Counted from the whole stretch's first letter, positions 19,999 through 30,541 are shown. The stretch: 62,254 nt of DNA, filler included, from Candidatus Nanoarchaeia archaeon (GCA_035290625.1; 3 parts of 3 records of this genome joined end to end with filler, not necessarily neighbours in it); one strand, 5' to 3'. Made by a program: numbers and translations. The notes: generated from the sequence alone by a model not told the origin.

Positions 19999-20216
19999 TT
20001 TATATTAGCATGATAATGTTATAACATTAACAAGATAATGTTGTATATAAATCTTTCGAATTTTATGGTTTCTGACCTGAATTCGAGGTTTTCGGGTTTT
20101 ACACTGTCGGGTGACTGAATAACGGATTTCAGAAAAAGTATTATTGTTACTGCTTAGTAACAAAACATTTATAAATACGTAAAGGTTCTCAAAATATGTG
20201 TAAATCATACATAAAA

Positions 20217-20363
20217 ATGGAAAGGACCTACACCATAACCAAGAAGATAGCAAAGCACGGCAAGCAGGCAGTCATTGTTATTCCAAGCATCCTGCAGAAT
20301 GGCCTGAAGCCGAAAACCATCGTTGAAGTAAAAATTAGCGTTCTCAAGGAGCCTGAAAAATGA
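20217..20363 (+). CDS. Small AbrB/MazE-like protein, 48 aa (not in ORF track)
   Basis: MERTYTITKKIAKHGKQAVIVIPSILQNGLKPKTIVEVKISVLKEPEK*; TATA box at 20168; stop overlaps next start (ATGA). Confidence 0.7.
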   Translation: MERTYTITKKIAKHGKQAVIVIPSILQNGLKPKTIVEVKISVLKEPEK

Positions 20364-21568
20364 CACTCAGCCTAAAAAACTACAAAAACACAACTGAAGT
20401 AGCAAATCTCAACGGAGTTCCTCTTTATATGAATGATATGGCGGATGCGGCCCTCAGAGGAAAACTTAACATGTTCTTGCAGGGAACTACAGGCCCCGGA
20501 AAGACGCAATTAGTGAAGGACATCATGCAATACTTCGGAGACGCTTCTCTTTTTATTCTTGGCAGAAATGATATGGACACTCGCGAGCTATTTCAGCAAG
20601 TCAATCCTAAATTCATAAAAGCAATACAGGAAGGACGAAGCTCAGGCTCTGATATAAGATTCAAGGAGCTTACAGATAAAATCAATTATCACTTCATTGG
20701 TGTTGATGAGCTGCCAAACTGTGTTGCTGCTGTCCGGGCCCAGCTCTTCAACCTCTTTGACGGATTCATAGAAATTGATGGGAAAGCCTATCCTATTGGC
20801 GCTGAGTATTGTGTTGGCATGGCAACAGGAAACATTGGCCAGGAATTCACAGAATCTTCAAATGAGCTGGGAAGGGCATTGAAGGACAGAATGCATTTGA
20901 TTATTGACACCGATTATTTTATGGAGCAGCCTGATGACCTCTACGAGATCTTAAAAAAAGACAGAAATCCAAGAGTTCGCTTCGAAGAAAGCGGAGAAGA
21001 CAGAACACTGGAAATAGTAGAGGCCCATAGGGCGCTGGATCAGAAAGAAGTTCCGTTTGAAAAATATATCACTGCCCTGTATTTAAGGCACGGCCTGGAT
21101 TACCTGGAAGGCGGAAAAAGCAAAACAGCCTTAAAGTCAGGCTGGCCTGCTAAGGTTGAAGGCCATCAGGCAGGCTCAGACTCTGCTTTGATACTGCCTA
21201 TTTCCCCAAGAGCAGCCAAATCTATAATTACCCTGAGCCAGGCTCTCGATGAAATAACTCAAGAGAAGGGAGCAAAGGAGCGGGATCCGTTTGCATCAAT
21301 GATGGTTGCCTATAAGTTCGTATCAGCAAAATCTGGAATATTGAATGAGGCTTTGGTCAATGCAGAGTACGACGGAAACCATTATGCAGCAATGGACGCG
21401 ATCATTGATGCAACAAGAGCCCAATTTGACCAGAATCTAGACTTCATCGCAGCAGGTATAGATATGGTGCAAGCAGGACAGAGAAATAAGAAGGTTCTTG
21501 ATAAATTCACAGAAAGATGGGGGTTCATGAAGAGCGTCTTACAAAATCTTGCAGAAAAAACCAAATGA
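20360..21568 (+). CDS. MoxR-like AAA+ ATPase
   Basis: LQGTTGPGKT Walker A, GVDELPN Walker B, ATGN sensor, ALKDRM Arg finger, ISPRAA. Confidence 0.8.
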   Translation: MTLSLKNYKNTTEVANLNGVPLYMNDMADAALRGKLNMFLQGTTGPGKTQLVKDIMQYFGDASLFILGRNDMDTRELFQQVNPKFIKAIQEGRSSGSDIRFKELTDKINYHFIGVDELPNCVAAVRAQLFNLFDGFIEIDGKAYPIGAEYCVGMATGNIGQEFTESSNELGRALKDRMHLIIDTDYFMEQPDDLYEILKKDRNPRVRFEESGEDRTLEIVEAHRALDQKEVPFEKYITALYLRHGLDYLEGGKSKTALKSGWPAKVEGHQAGSDSALILPISPRAAKSIITLSQALDEITQEKGAKERDPFASMMVAYKFVSAKSGILNEALVNAEYDGNHYAAMDAIIDATRAQFDQNLDFIAAGIDMVQAGQRNKKVLDKFTERWGFMKSVLQNLAEKTK

Positions 21569-21729
21569 TCCAAAAAACCATTTTCGGGAAACCAATAGAA
21601 GGGGCTTACAAGAGATACTTATCAGAGCAGGAAAAGAAACCAGATAAAGAAAAAGAAATCATCATCCCTCCAACAGAAATCCAAAACCCAGAAAAGTATC
21701 TCATCCTCAAAGGAAGAACCCATAGCAAG
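21565..21729 (+). CDS. Hypothetical protein, truncated at contig end
   Basis: ATGA overlap with the ATPase stop; MIQKTIFGKP... open to the gap. Confidence 0.55.
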
Positions 21730-21829
21730 NNNNNNNNNNNNNNNNNNNNNNNNNNNNNNNNNNNNNNNNNNNNTTAATTAATTAANNNNNNNNNNNNNNN
21801 NNNNNNNNNNNNNNNNNNNNNNNNNNNNN
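21730..21829. other. Artificial contig-join linker
   Basis: N run + TTAATTAATTAA (21774-21785, stops in all frames) + N run. Confidence 0.97.
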
Positions 21830-22194
21830 AGAGCCACAAGGGCAATGAATTGCAATGGAGCAGTTTCAGGTCTCCTGTGTCTGATCTGAAGGAGACAGAA
21901 AAAGGCATTGTAGCTTCGATTGAGCTGCCAGGGGTTGATAAAGATGGCATTGAGCTCAATGTGACTGATACCAGCATTGAGGTTAAGGCTGAAAACAGGA
22001 TAGAGAAGAAGCATGAGAAAGAAGGCTTTTCAAGCTACGAAAGCAGGATGTCAAGATTCTGTAGAAGAATCCCCCTCCCTAGCGAGATCGATGCAAGCCA
22101 GGCAAAAGCATCCTTCAAGAACAGCATCCTCAGGATCGAGGCTCCGAAGATGAAGCAGCTCGAACAGAAAAAGAAAAGGATTGAGATTGAGTGA
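21830..22194 (+). CDS. hsp20: Small heat-shock protein Hsp20 (probably 5'-truncated)
   Basis: DLKETE...ELPGVDK..I, F.RRIPLP.EID...AKASFKN.IL.I..PK alpha-crystallin motifs. Confidence 0.9.
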
Positions 22195-22778
22195 TGATAA
22201 AAGCAAAAGGTTCAGCGAAGCCCCAAGAGGATAAGGAGTATAGCGGTGGGGGTACAAAAGAGGATACTCGGGAGGAGAAGCCCGTGCCTACCCCTCTTAC
22301 AGAAAAAGACCAAGAAAAAGACCAGAGGATAGCTGACCTTACAGAATCCCTCCAGCGCCTCCAGGCAGAGTTTGAGAACTTCATGAAACGCAATAAAAAA
22401 GATGCAGAGCTCTTGCGGAAATACGCTGAGGAGGATTTCATCAGAAAGCTGCTTCCGATCATCGACAGCTTTGAGCATGGCCTGAAGGAATGCAAAGAAG
22501 AGACAGAGTTTGCCAAAGGGATGAAGATGATGTACAGCCAGTTCCAGAGATTCCTTAAGCAGTCTGGAGTGGCTCCCATTGAGGCTGCAGGGAAATTTGA
22601 TCCCCATCTGCATGAGGTGATGCTGCAGCAGGAGTCAGATGAGGAGGGAGGCACAATACTCCAGGAACTGCAGAAAGGGTATAAGATATATGATCATATT
22701 TTGCGGCATAGCAAGGTCAAGATAAGCAAAGGAAGGCCTCAAGAAGCCGGCAAAGAAACTGCTCAGAAACAGCAGTGA
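22191..22778 (+). CDS. grpE: Nucleotide exchange factor GrpE
   Basis: RLQAEFENF.KR, LLPIIDSFE, FDPHLHE, QKGY...LR...V.I. Confidence 0.95.
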   Translation: MMIKAKGSAKPQEDKEYSGGGTKEDTREEKPVPTPLTEKDQEKDQRIADLTESLQRLQAEFENFMKRNKKDAELLRKYAEEDFIRKLLPIIDSFEHGLKECKEETEFAKGMKMMYSQFQRFLKQSGVAPIEAAGKFDPHLHEVMLQQESDEEGGTILQELQKGYKIYDHILRHSKVKISKGRPQEAGKETAQKQQ

Positions 22779-22902
22779 TTCAGCAGTGTAAATTCATAGT
22801 ATAGGATCAGTGTAAGTTCACAGTGTAAGTCCGTAGTATAAGGCTGATACCACGAAAAAGAGCCGGTAGCACAAAAAGGATCAAAATCAAAACGGAGGAA
22901 AA

Positions 22903-24783
22903 ATGGCAAAAGAAAAAATCTTAGGCATTGATTTGGGAACAAGCAATTCAGCTGCGTCTGTATTGCAGGCGGGAAAACCTGTCATTGTCCCAAGCTCAGA
23001 GGGAGCTTCCCAGTACGGAAAAGCATTCCCAAGCGTGGTCGCATTCACGAAAGACAGCCAGCTTTTGGTCGGAGAGCCGGCAAAGAGGCAGGCAGTCTCA
23101 AATCCGCAGAATACGATTACTGCTGCAAAGCGAAAGATGGGGACGAATTTCAAGTACAATATCAATGGCAAAGACTACACTCCGCAGCAGATCTCTGCAT
23201 TTATCCTGCAGAAGATCAAGAAGGACGCAGAAGAGTTTGTAGGAGAGCCGCTGAAGAAAGCAGTCATTACAGTTCCAGCATATTTTGATGACAACCAGAG
23301 GCAGGCAACCAAGGATGCAGGGACGATTGCCGGCCTTGATGTTGTCAGGATCGTGAACGAGCCTACTGCCGCTGCTCTTGCGTATGGCCTTGACAAAGCA
23401 GACAAGGACCTCAAGATCCTTGTGTTTGACTTTGGCGGCGGAACACTGGATGTCACGATTATGGAATTTGGAGAAGGGGTCTTTGAAGTAAAGTCAACAT
23501 CAGGAGACACGCAGCTTGGCGGAACAGATATGGATGATGCTGTCATCAAAGAGATTGTGAGGGACTTCAAGAGCAAGGAAGGAGTGGATCTCAGCGAGGA
23601 TGATACAGCAATGCAGCGTTTGAGAGAGGCTGCTGAAAAAGCCAAGATCGAGCTCTCAACAACCATGGAGACTGATATCAACCTGCCCTTCATTACAGCC
23701 ACAAACAAGGGTCCAAAGCACTTTTCCATGAAGCTTACCCGCGCAAAGCTGGAGCAGTTAGTCGATCCCCTTATCAAGAAGTGCAAAGGCCCGCTCGAGC
23801 AGGCAATAAAGGATGCTGGTCTTGCTCCGAATCAGATCAGCAGGATCATCATGGTGGGAGGCCCTACAAGGATGCCTGTGGTCAGGAAATTTATCGAGGA
23901 CTCTATAGGCAAGAAGGCTGAGCGCGGCGTTGATCCTATGGAATGTGTCGCGCAGGGAGCAGCAATCCAGGGAGGGATCCTTGCAGGAGAGCTGAAGGAC
24001 ATCCTCCTGTTGGATGTGACGCCTCTTACATTAGGCATTGAAACACTCGGAGGCGTAAGAACAGAGCTGATACCGAGGAATTCCACAATTCCTACAAAGA
24101 AAAGCCAGATCTTCAGCACAGCCTCTAACAACCAGCCTGCAGTCACGATCCATGTCCTGCAAGGAGAGAGGCCGATGGCTGCAGACAATAAGAGCCTGGG
24201 CAGGTTTGACCTGGTTGGGATACCCCCTGCGCCAAGAGGGATCCCCCAGATTGAGGTCACATTTGATATTGACGCGAATGGGATAGTCCATGTCTCTGCA
24301 AAGGACCTCGGCACAGGCAAAGAGCAGTCAATCAGGATTACTGCTTCCCAGAAACTGAGCGATGCAGATATAGAGGCAATGCGGAAGCAGGCCGAGTCCC
24401 ATGCAGAAGAGGACAGGAAGAAGGTCGAGGAGGTCAAGATCGTGAATGACGCAGATACCTTAGTCTATACCTCTGAACAGCTGTTCAAGGACTTTGAAGG
24501 CAAAGCAGACGCAGAAAAGCTCAAAGAGGTCAAGGAGGGGATAGAAGAGCTAAAAAAGCTCCTCGATCCTGAGAAAAAAGACGTCAATGCCATCAAAAAG
24601 AAGCTTGAAGAGGTCCAGGAAAAGGTTCAGAAGATATCAGTTGAGATGTACCAGAAGGCAGCTGAAGAACAGGCAAAAAAACAGCAGGCTGAAGAAGCTT
24701 CCAAAGAGCCTGCCAAAGAGCCTAAAACCTCAAAAAAAGGAAAGGAGAAGGTCGTTGATGCAGAGTACAAAGAGGAAAAATAG
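22903..24783 (+). CDS. dnaK: Chaperone DnaK (Hsp70)
   Basis: [49 protein letters not shown]. Confidence 0.99.
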   Translation: MAKEKILGIDLGTSNSAASVLQAGKPVIVPSSEGASQYGKAFPSVVAFTKDSQLLVGEPAKRQAVSNPQNTITAAKRKMGTNFKYNINGKDYTPQQISAFILQKIKKDAEEFVGEPLKKAVITVPAYFDDNQRQATKDAGTIAGLDVVRIVNEPTAAALAYGLDKADKDLKILVFDFGGGTLDVTIMEFGEGVFEVKSTSGDTQLGGTDMDDAVIKEIVRDFKSKEGVDLSEDDTAMQRLREAAEKAKIELSTTMETDINLPFITATNKGPKHFSMKLTRAKLEQLVDPLIKKCKGPLEQAIKDAGLAPNQISRIIMVGGPTRMPVVRKFIEDSIGKKAERGVDPMECVAQGAAIQGGILAGELKDILLLDVTPLTLGIETLGGVRTELIPRNSTIPTKKSQIFSTASNNQPAVTIHVLQGERPMAADNKSLGRFDLVGIPPAPRGIPQIEVTFDIDANGIVHVSAKDLGTGKEQSIRITASQKLSDADIEAMRKQAESHAEEDRKKVEEVKIVNDADTLVYTSEQLFKDFEGKADAEKLKEVKEGIEELKKLLDPEKKDVNAIKKKLEEVQEKVQKISVEMYQKAAEEQAKKQQAEEASKEPAKEPKTSKKGKEKVVDAEYKEEK

Positions 24784-24915
24784 AATCCGCACAACAAAGC
24801 CCCCATTCCCAAGGTTTAAAAACCCGGGGATAATTCCTTTTTAAAGCAAGATTACATAAAACCTAGCAAGGCTGGGTTTATCCACACCTCTTTTCCCAGC
24901 CTTGCTTCCATTCCT

Positions 24916-25371
24916 ATGGTCGCAATCCGAATCGCCAAGCCAGAAGAGATCAGGCATCTTGTGCCTATCTACAAAGCTTCTTACACCGAGCATAACGTCT
25001 TTATGAAGAGCGATGAGGAAGTCCGCAATTACATTGAGAACCTCCACGGAACATTCATCATAGCTGAGGAGGACAGCCGTATCGTTGGAGGCCTTTGCAT
25101 CCAGAAGTCCATAACAGCATCAAACCACATCCTGGCAAAATTCGTGCACTTCGCAGTGGATAAGGAATATCGCAGGAAAGGCATCGGAACCGCCATATTC
25201 CGCGCCGCAGAAAAGGCGATCGGAAAAGGCAAGATCGAGCTCTTCGTCTCAGAGAAAGGCCAGGAATTCCTTGAATTCTACAAGAGCCTGGGCTATGAGA
25301 TAGAGGGAAAGCTTAAAAACCACTTCAGGCCAAATGAATTCTGCTATATATTGGGGAGAACATTGGAATGA
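24916..25371 (+). CDS. GNAT-family N-acetyltransferase
   Basis: AVDKEYRRKGIG motif A, FYKSLGY motif B. Confidence 0.9.
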   Translation: MVAIRIAKPEEIRHLVPIYKASYTEHNVFMKSDEEVRNYIENLHGTFIIAEEDSRIVGGLCIQKSITASNHILAKFVHFAVDKEYRRKGIGTAIFRAAEKAIGKGKIELFVSEKGQEFLEFYKSLGYEIEGKLKNHFRPNEFCYILGRTLE

Positions 25372-25709
25372 CAGAGCAAAAAGTCAGCATCAGCATCGTA
25401 GACGGGGATTCCTTCTACTGCCACGAGCTGTCCATCAACTTCAACCCAGGCCAGTTTACGCTGGACTTCAAGAATATCAGCCCAAGGGTGGACCAGAGAA
25501 ACGACGCAGGTCCTACGATCGTCATCAAGCATAATGTTGTGATCACTGATCCCTATCATACAAAGAAGATCTATGAGCTTCTCGGAAAGATGCTTGACCG
25601 TTATGAGAAGGAATTCGGGAAGATCCAGGAGCCTGCAGCTTACAAGAAAGCCAAGAAGAAGCAGAATGTAAAGAAGATCGTAACTGACACCCCGGGTTAT
25701 TTTGGATAA
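25368..25709 (+). CDS. Conserved small protein (DUF3467-like)
   Basis: FY....IN.NP.QF.LDF...P.HTK.....L...L.RYE..FG.I pattern. Confidence 0.6.
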   Translation: MTEQKVSISIVDGDSFYCHELSINFNPGQFTLDFKNISPRVDQRNDAGPTIVIKHNVVITDPYHTKKIYELLGKMLDRYEKEFGKIQEPAAYKKAKKKQNVKKIVTDTPGYFG

Positions 25710-25748
25710 AATGTTTGGACAGGATACTATGTTTGGATAAAATGAAAG

Positions 25749-26843
25749 ATGGCAAGAGACTACTACAAGATTCTTGGTGTGGAGAGAAATGCCTCAAAAG
25801 AGGAGATCAAGAAAGCCTACAAGCGGCTTGCCAAGAAATACCATCCAGACCTGAATAAGGAATCTGACGCTGCGGAAAAGTTCAAGGAGATCAACGAGGC
25901 TGCTTCTGTTCTTGGAGACCGCCAAAAGCGGGAGCAATACGATCAGTTCGGGGATGCTGACGCGTTCCGCAAGGCAACAGGAGGCCAAGGATTTGATTTC
26001 AGGGACTTCGGCTTTCAGAATTTTGATTTCGGCAATTTTGACTTTGGAGATATTTTTGACAGTTTCTTTGGGGGCAGAGAGAGGGGAGAGAACAGGGGCC
26101 ATGACCTTCTCTATGAGCTTGAGGTCAGCCTGCAGGACATTGCAAAGGAGACAGAAAAGAGCATTGTGTATTCGCATCTGGACACCTGCTCGCATTGCAA
26201 AGGCACTGGAGCCCAGTCAGAGAACGCAGTCAAATCGTGCCCAGACTGCCGTGGTTCAGGCATTGTCAGGAGATCGCAAAGAACCCCTTTCGGCATCTTT
26301 CAGACCCAGACAACCTGCAGGAAATGCCAAGGCAGAGGAGAGTGGATTGAGGAAGAATGCAGGGTCTGCGACGGAACAGGCGTTGAGAAGCGAACGCGAA
26401 AACTCACAGTTACAGTGCCAAAAGGCGCCACAGATGGTATGCGGCTGAGGGTGGAAGGCCATGGAGATGCTGCCCAGAGAGGCGGAAGGCCAGGCGACCT
26501 CTACATTGTTATCAGAGAGAAGGAGGACGATAGCTTCAGGCGCCAGGGAGACGACATTGTTCTTGAGTGGAAACTGCCCTTCATCACTGCAGCCCTGGGC
26601 GGCGCAATAGATGTCCCGACACTCAGCGGAAAGGCATCACTCAGCATTCCAGCAGGAACCCAGTCAGAGACAGTCTTTCGGATGCAGGGAAAAGGCCTGC
26701 CTGGTTCCCATGGCAGCAGGGGAGACCAGCTTGTCAAAGTCCATATCCAGGTGCCAGAAAAGCTCTCAAAAAGGCAGAAAGATCTCTTAAAAGAGTTCGA
26801 GAAAGAAGGGCAGAAGGGATTTCTGAAGAGGATGCTGGGATAA
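25749..26843 (+). CDS. dnaJ: Chaperone DnaJ
   Basis: J-domain HPD, G/F region, four CxxCxGxG repeats. Confidence 0.98.
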   Translation: MARDYYKILGVERNASKEEIKKAYKRLAKKYHPDLNKESDAAEKFKEINEAASVLGDRQKREQYDQFGDADAFRKATGGQGFDFRDFGFQNFDFGNFDFGDIFDSFFGGRERGENRGHDLLYELEVSLQDIAKETEKSIVYSHLDTCSHCKGTGAQSENAVKSCPDCRGSGIVRRSQRTPFGIFQTQTTCRKCQGRGEWIEEECRVCDGTGVEKRTRKLTVTVPKGATDGMRLRVEGHGDAAQRGGRPGDLYIVIREKEDDSFRRQGDDIVLEWKLPFITAALGGAIDVPTLSGKASLSIPAGTQSETVFRMQGKGLPGSHGSRGDQLVKVHIQVPEKLSKRQKDLLKEFEKEGQKGFLKRMLG

Positions 26844-26956
26844 TCCGATGCTCCATTATTTCTTGCTCAATTCTTAATGGAGAAAATGGGCGATCTCACG
26901 ATCTCAGAGACTCGTGACAGCAAAACATTTAAACTGCTAGGCATACATATCCTGGT

Positions 26957-27352
26957 ATGGAGATAAAGATAAAAATAATCGGCCTATTGAAACGATTGAA
27001 CGTTTTTGATAGTGTAAACTTCATCATGCTGTATGGGTCTCATGCAAATGGAAAAAATACCCCAAGGTCAGATATTGACATCTCCATTTCATTGAAGAGC
27101 CCAAGAAAAGACAGGCTGCGGGTGAGAATGGCTCTGGCAGGAGAGCTGCCCGATATATATGATATTCAGATATTTGAAGACCTGCCCCTGCAGGTTAAGA
27201 TGGAAGTATTGAAAGGAAGGCTTATGTACTGTAAAGACAAAGATGATCTTGCCTCGCAGGCAATGCAGTTAAAGAAAGAGTATGAAGACTTCCTGCCAAG
27301 GTATAGGTATTACATTACGGGTGTGAGGCATGCAAAAAGGGCGAGTATTTGA
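26957..27352 (+). CDS. Minimal nucleotidyltransferase (MNT/MntA-type antitoxin)
   Basis: LYGSHANG.....SDIDI, DIQIFEDLPL. Confidence 0.85.
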   Translation: MEIKIKIIGLLKRLNVFDSVNFIMLYGSHANGKNTPRSDIDISISLKSPRKDRLRVRMALAGELPDIYDIQIFEDLPLQVKMEVLKGRLMYCKDKDDLASQAMQLKKEYEDFLPRYRYYITGVRHAKRASI

Positions 27353-27413
27353 GAAATTGAAGGAAATCGAGGAGAATATTGATCTTATTAATCGGGTAAG
27401 GCCGATCGACTGA
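27330..27413 (+). pseudogene. Truncated HEPN/DUF86 partner of the MNT
   Basis: Overlapping ORF MQKGRVFEKLKEIEENIDLINRVRPID* resembles the first helix of DUF86 proteins, then stops after 27 aa. Confidence 0.45.
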
Positions 27414-27463
27414 GGGCCCCATCTTAAGAGTTCAGATTAGTATGAGCTAACTTACAATCTGCC

Positions 27464-27647
27464 GGCTCAGTAGAAAGTCCGGCATCCTTTCTGCGAGCTT
27501 CTTTGCAGTAATAACCACTGCTGACAGAGGGTAGGCCCCTTCGGGGGTGTCAGCAATCGCAGATGCGATCGCAAGCGAGCCGGCGGCTAGCGAGCAAGCT
27601 CGCCTTGCTCGCTTGCAAGCCACTGCCGACTGACTTTCTACTAAGCC
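27464..27647. mobile_element. MITE-like element, copy 1 (16-bp TIR, 9-bp TSD)
   Basis: GGCTCAGTAGAAAGTC ... GACTTTCTACTAAGCC; flanking direct repeat CAATCTGCC (27455-27463, 27648-27656); second copy at 33257. Confidence 0.75.
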
Positions 27648-27708
27648 CAATCTGCCGCAATCTGCAAAAACCCAATAATTTATAAATCTCAGGTTCCAGG
27701 ATGGAGCT

Positions 27709-28041
27709 ATGTGGCCCACCATCATTGCCTTGGTCGTCTTTGTTGTATTCATTACCTGGTACATGATGTATAATGCCCAGCTCCTCCTGAGCCTGGCGAT
27801 AAACCTGCCGATGCTCTATATTGTCATTGCAAGAGCCTGGGCAGAGCTGGAAGAGAAGCAGAAGTATTACCTCTTTGGGCTGTTCCTTGCAGTGGCAGTC
27901 GCTTTCTTCTCCATGGATAGTATTTTTGAGCAGGCAAAAGCCTACAAGATCTGGTTTCCAACGCTTCTTCTCGTGATCACGTTCCTTGCAGCCCAGGCCT
28001 TTTATTCCATTGAAAAGTACGCAAAGTTGGCCAGGAAGTAA
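27709..28041 (+). CDS. Small membrane protein (about 4 TM)
   Basis: 110 aa, hydrophobic segments, GGAG upstream. Confidence 0.7.
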   Translation: MWPTIIALVVFVVFITWYMMYNAQLLLSLAINLPMLYIVIARAWAELEEKQKYYLFGLFLAVAVAFFSMDSIFEQAKAYKIWFPTLLLVITFLAAQAFYSIEKYAKLARK

Positions 28042-28044
28042 TAA

Positions 28045-28204
28045 CGAAAACCGCACTAATCCCCGGCCTAAAGGTCGGGGTTTTTGATCACGCGGTTTTC
28101 GGGACAGGAAAATTGAAAAGCAATTTTCCGTCCCAAAAATCCGAGGATTTTTGTGGATTGAAAATTCGGGCTAAAGCCCGCGTCTTAAACCCCAAATTTT
28201 CAAT
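28045..28204. repeat. Multi-hairpin palindromic element, possibly a non-autonomous IS200/IS605 derivative
   Basis: CCCCGGCCTAAAGGTCGGGG hairpin (28061-28080) nested in GAAAACCGC/GCGGTTTTC, followed by three more stems. Confidence 0.55.
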
Positions 28205-28231
28205 AAAGTAACAAGGAGCTTAACTCCCAGC

Positions 28232-29098
28232 TTAACGCCCAATCTCTCTCGTAACAGCCCAGTCCAGAAGAACGTCTCCAGCAGAGTTCATGCTGTGCCT
28301 GATGCTCTCCTTGTCAAAATCCCTGGATTCCTTCATGGCAACAACCTTTCGGAGAAGCCCGATGACAGTATGGATGCCAAAGACATCCCGATTGTCGCTC
28401 CCTTCAATAAGGGCCTTCATCATGTCGATGGAGGCTGAAAGCTCGGCGAAGAACTGCCGCTCTTTTGGCTTGAGGATAATGAGGTGATCCACTAATCGCT
28501 CAAGTTCCTTGGAGATCATTGCTATATAGAAGAGGTCAATGCTCAGACAGCGGCTGTTCTTATGGAATGTCAGGTTATCGATGACTGCCTTGTCGATCAG
28601 CATCTTCGTGCGGTCAATCTCTTCCTCATAACGATTAATCAGCTCTGCATCGTAGCTCTGCCGCATCACCAGGAGGAGGTTTTTTATCTTCCTCAGCATG
28701 GTTTTGAGCAGCTCATCCGGCTCGTTTACAGAAACAGCAGACGTGCACCGGATCGCCTTTTGGTCAAGCTCAACACTCTCCAGGCTGATGAGCTTCTTCT
28801 GGTCAAGCACCTTTGAGAAATCCATACCCTTTTCCAGATTGATTTCAAATGAGGCGATGGGATTGATGTAGCTTGCTACAATCAGCTTATGGATGATCCT
28901 CTGGTCATCCACAGATACCGACAGCCTGAGATGGACAGGCTTCTTCTCGACAGGCTGCGGATGCAGGGTCAGGCTCCCTTCTTTTGCCTCATCCACCCCC
29001 ACCTTGGACTTTGACGTTATTCTGTACTTCCTGCACCAGCTGGTAGGAAGGTAGACATAATGCATGTCTCCTGTTCTCTGAACGCTCCGGATGTCCAT
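28232..29098 (-). CDS. AbrB-PhoU fusion (phosphate uptake regulator-like)
   Basis: Start MDIRSVQRTG..YVYLPTSW (AbrB-like); E.EIDR and KELERLVDH PhoU-like motifs. Confidence 0.75.
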   Translation of the reverse strand: MDIRSVQRTGDMHYVYLPTSWCRKYRITSKSKVGVDEAKEGSLTLHPQPVEKKPVHLRLSVSVDDQRIIHKLIVASYINPIASFEINLEKGMDFSKVLDQKKLISLESVELDQKAIRCTSAVSVNEPDELLKTMLRKIKNLLLVMRQSYDAELINRYEEEIDRTKMLIDKAVIDNLTFHKNSRCLSIDLFYIAMISKELERLVDHLIILKPKERQFFAELSASIDMMKALIEGSDNRDVFGIHTVIGLLRKVVAMKESRDFDKESIRHSMNSAGDVLLDWAVTREIGR

Positions 29099-29389
29099 AG
29101 AGAAGGTATTTAGGGGATATTTATAAATATTTGGCTGGTCTAACTCTGGTGAAAATCTCGCTTCGTTCGGGCAGCATCGGTACTCAAAAACGCCTGTGCA
29201 TTTTTGGTCGCTCCTTCGGAGCAGTTCGCCTTGTGCGTATGTGAGCGAGGAGCGACATATCCCCGAAGGTGGCAACCCCCTTGTCGCTGTGATGCCTTTT
29301 GTGCTTAGGCTCACAGGATGGCGCTGCATAGCTTTTCAACGGCACCTCCCTCAGATACATTTATTTAGCCATCGGCATTCCCGCCAGGC

Positions 29390-30541
29390 ATGCTGACTGT
29401 CTTTATTCCAAAAGAATCCGAGCCGAGAGTAGCTGCAACCCCGGAGACAGTGGCCCTGATGAGAAAAGCAGGCCTCCAGGTTGTTGTCCAGAAAGCTGCA
29501 GGAGAGAGGGCTTTCTTCTCAGACGAGTCCTACAAAAAAGCCGGGGCCAGGATCGGAAAGCCAGGCATGGCAAGAGCGGATATCATTCTTGCTGTACAGC
29601 CTCCAAAAAAGCCGCATCCTGGAGCAACAGTGATCTCCTTTCTTCCAGACAGCCAAACCCTCAAAGCCTATCAAAAAAAACGCATTACGCTCCTTTCCAT
29701 GAATCATATCCCGCGGACCAGCGCAGCGCAGAAGATGGATGCGCTGTCATCCCAGAGCAACATCGCTGGCTACAAAGCCGTCATCCTGGCTGCATCCCAT
29801 CTGCCAAAAGTATTTCCCTTGATGATGACTGCTGCCGGTACGCTCCAGCCGGCAAAGGTTCTGATTTTGGGCGCAGGCGTTGCAGGCCTGGTGGCTGCCG
29901 CAACCTCAAAGCGGCTTGGAGCAGTTGTAGAGGTCTCAGACATACGCAGTGCTGCCAGGGAGCAGGTGGAAAGCCTGGGAGCTTCGTTTATTGGGGTCAC
30001 CGAAGCAGGCTCTGAGGATTCTTCCGGGTATGCCAAGGAGGCATCAGCAGACTTTGCAAAAAGGCTGGAAGAGGAAATCACCAAACGCCTGCCAAACACA
30101 GACGTTGTCATAACAACCGCGCTTGTCCCTGGAAAGAAAGCTCCGATTCTCCTCACCGAAAAGCAGGTGAAGCTCATGAAGCCTGGCTCAGTCATCATAG
30201 ACCTTGCAGCAGAGCAGGCAGGCAACTGCAGCCTCACAAAGCCAGGAAGGGTCATACATGCAAACAGCGTCACAATCGACGGAACCCTTAATCTGCCTGG
30301 CGCAGTTCCAAGGCACGCCTCAGAGATGTATGCAAAGAATGTGTTCAGCCTTCTTGAGGCAATTGCCAGGGATGGAAAAATCTCCATTGACAGGGATGAC
30401 AGGATTATTGAGGCTGTGCTGGTCATGCACAACGGAATCCTGGAGAGAGAAGTTGGTTCCCTGAACAGAAAGGGGGATAAGGGAAAGGCGGATAAGGCGA
30501 TTAAGGGGGGGGAAAGAAGGGAACTGAGGGATCAGACATGA
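29390..30541 (+). CDS. pntA: NAD(P) transhydrogenase alpha subunit part 1 (dI)
   Basis: PRVAATPETV, MDALSSQSNIAGYKAV, GAGVAGL, TTALVPGKKAP, DLAAEQAGNC. Confidence 0.95.
   Translation: MLTVFIPKESEPRVAATPETVALMRKAGLQVVVQKAAGERAFFSDESYKKAGARIGKPGMARADIILAVQPPKKPHPGATVISFLPDSQTLKAYQKKRITLLSMNHIPRTSAAQKMDALSSQSNIAGYKAVILAASHLPKVFPLMMTAAGTLQPAKVLILGAGVAGLVAAATSKRLGAVVEVSDIRSAAREQVESLGASFIGVTEAGSEDSSGYAKEASADFAKRLEEEITKRLPNTDVVITTALVPGKKAPILLTEKQVKLMKPGSVIIDLAAEQAGNCSLTKPGRVIHANSVTIDGTLNLPGAVPRHASEMYAKNVFSLLEAIARDGKISIDRDDRIIEAVLVMHNGILEREVGSLNRKGDKGKADKAIKGGERRELRDQT

Noticed and set aside
21730..21829. TTAATTAATTAA palindrome within N runs (also 39126-39225)
   Set aside because: Artificial contig linker; adjacency across these points has no biological meaning
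27447..27764. Minus-strand ORF sharing SAIADTPEGAYPLSA with the N-terminus of ORF 32277..33431
   Set aside because: The shared peptide is a translation of the non-coding MITE repeat, not a protein domain
29099..29329. N-terminal extension of ORF 28232..29329
   Set aside because: The AbrB-like domain begins at Met 29098 with a TATA box just upstream; the extension is intergenic
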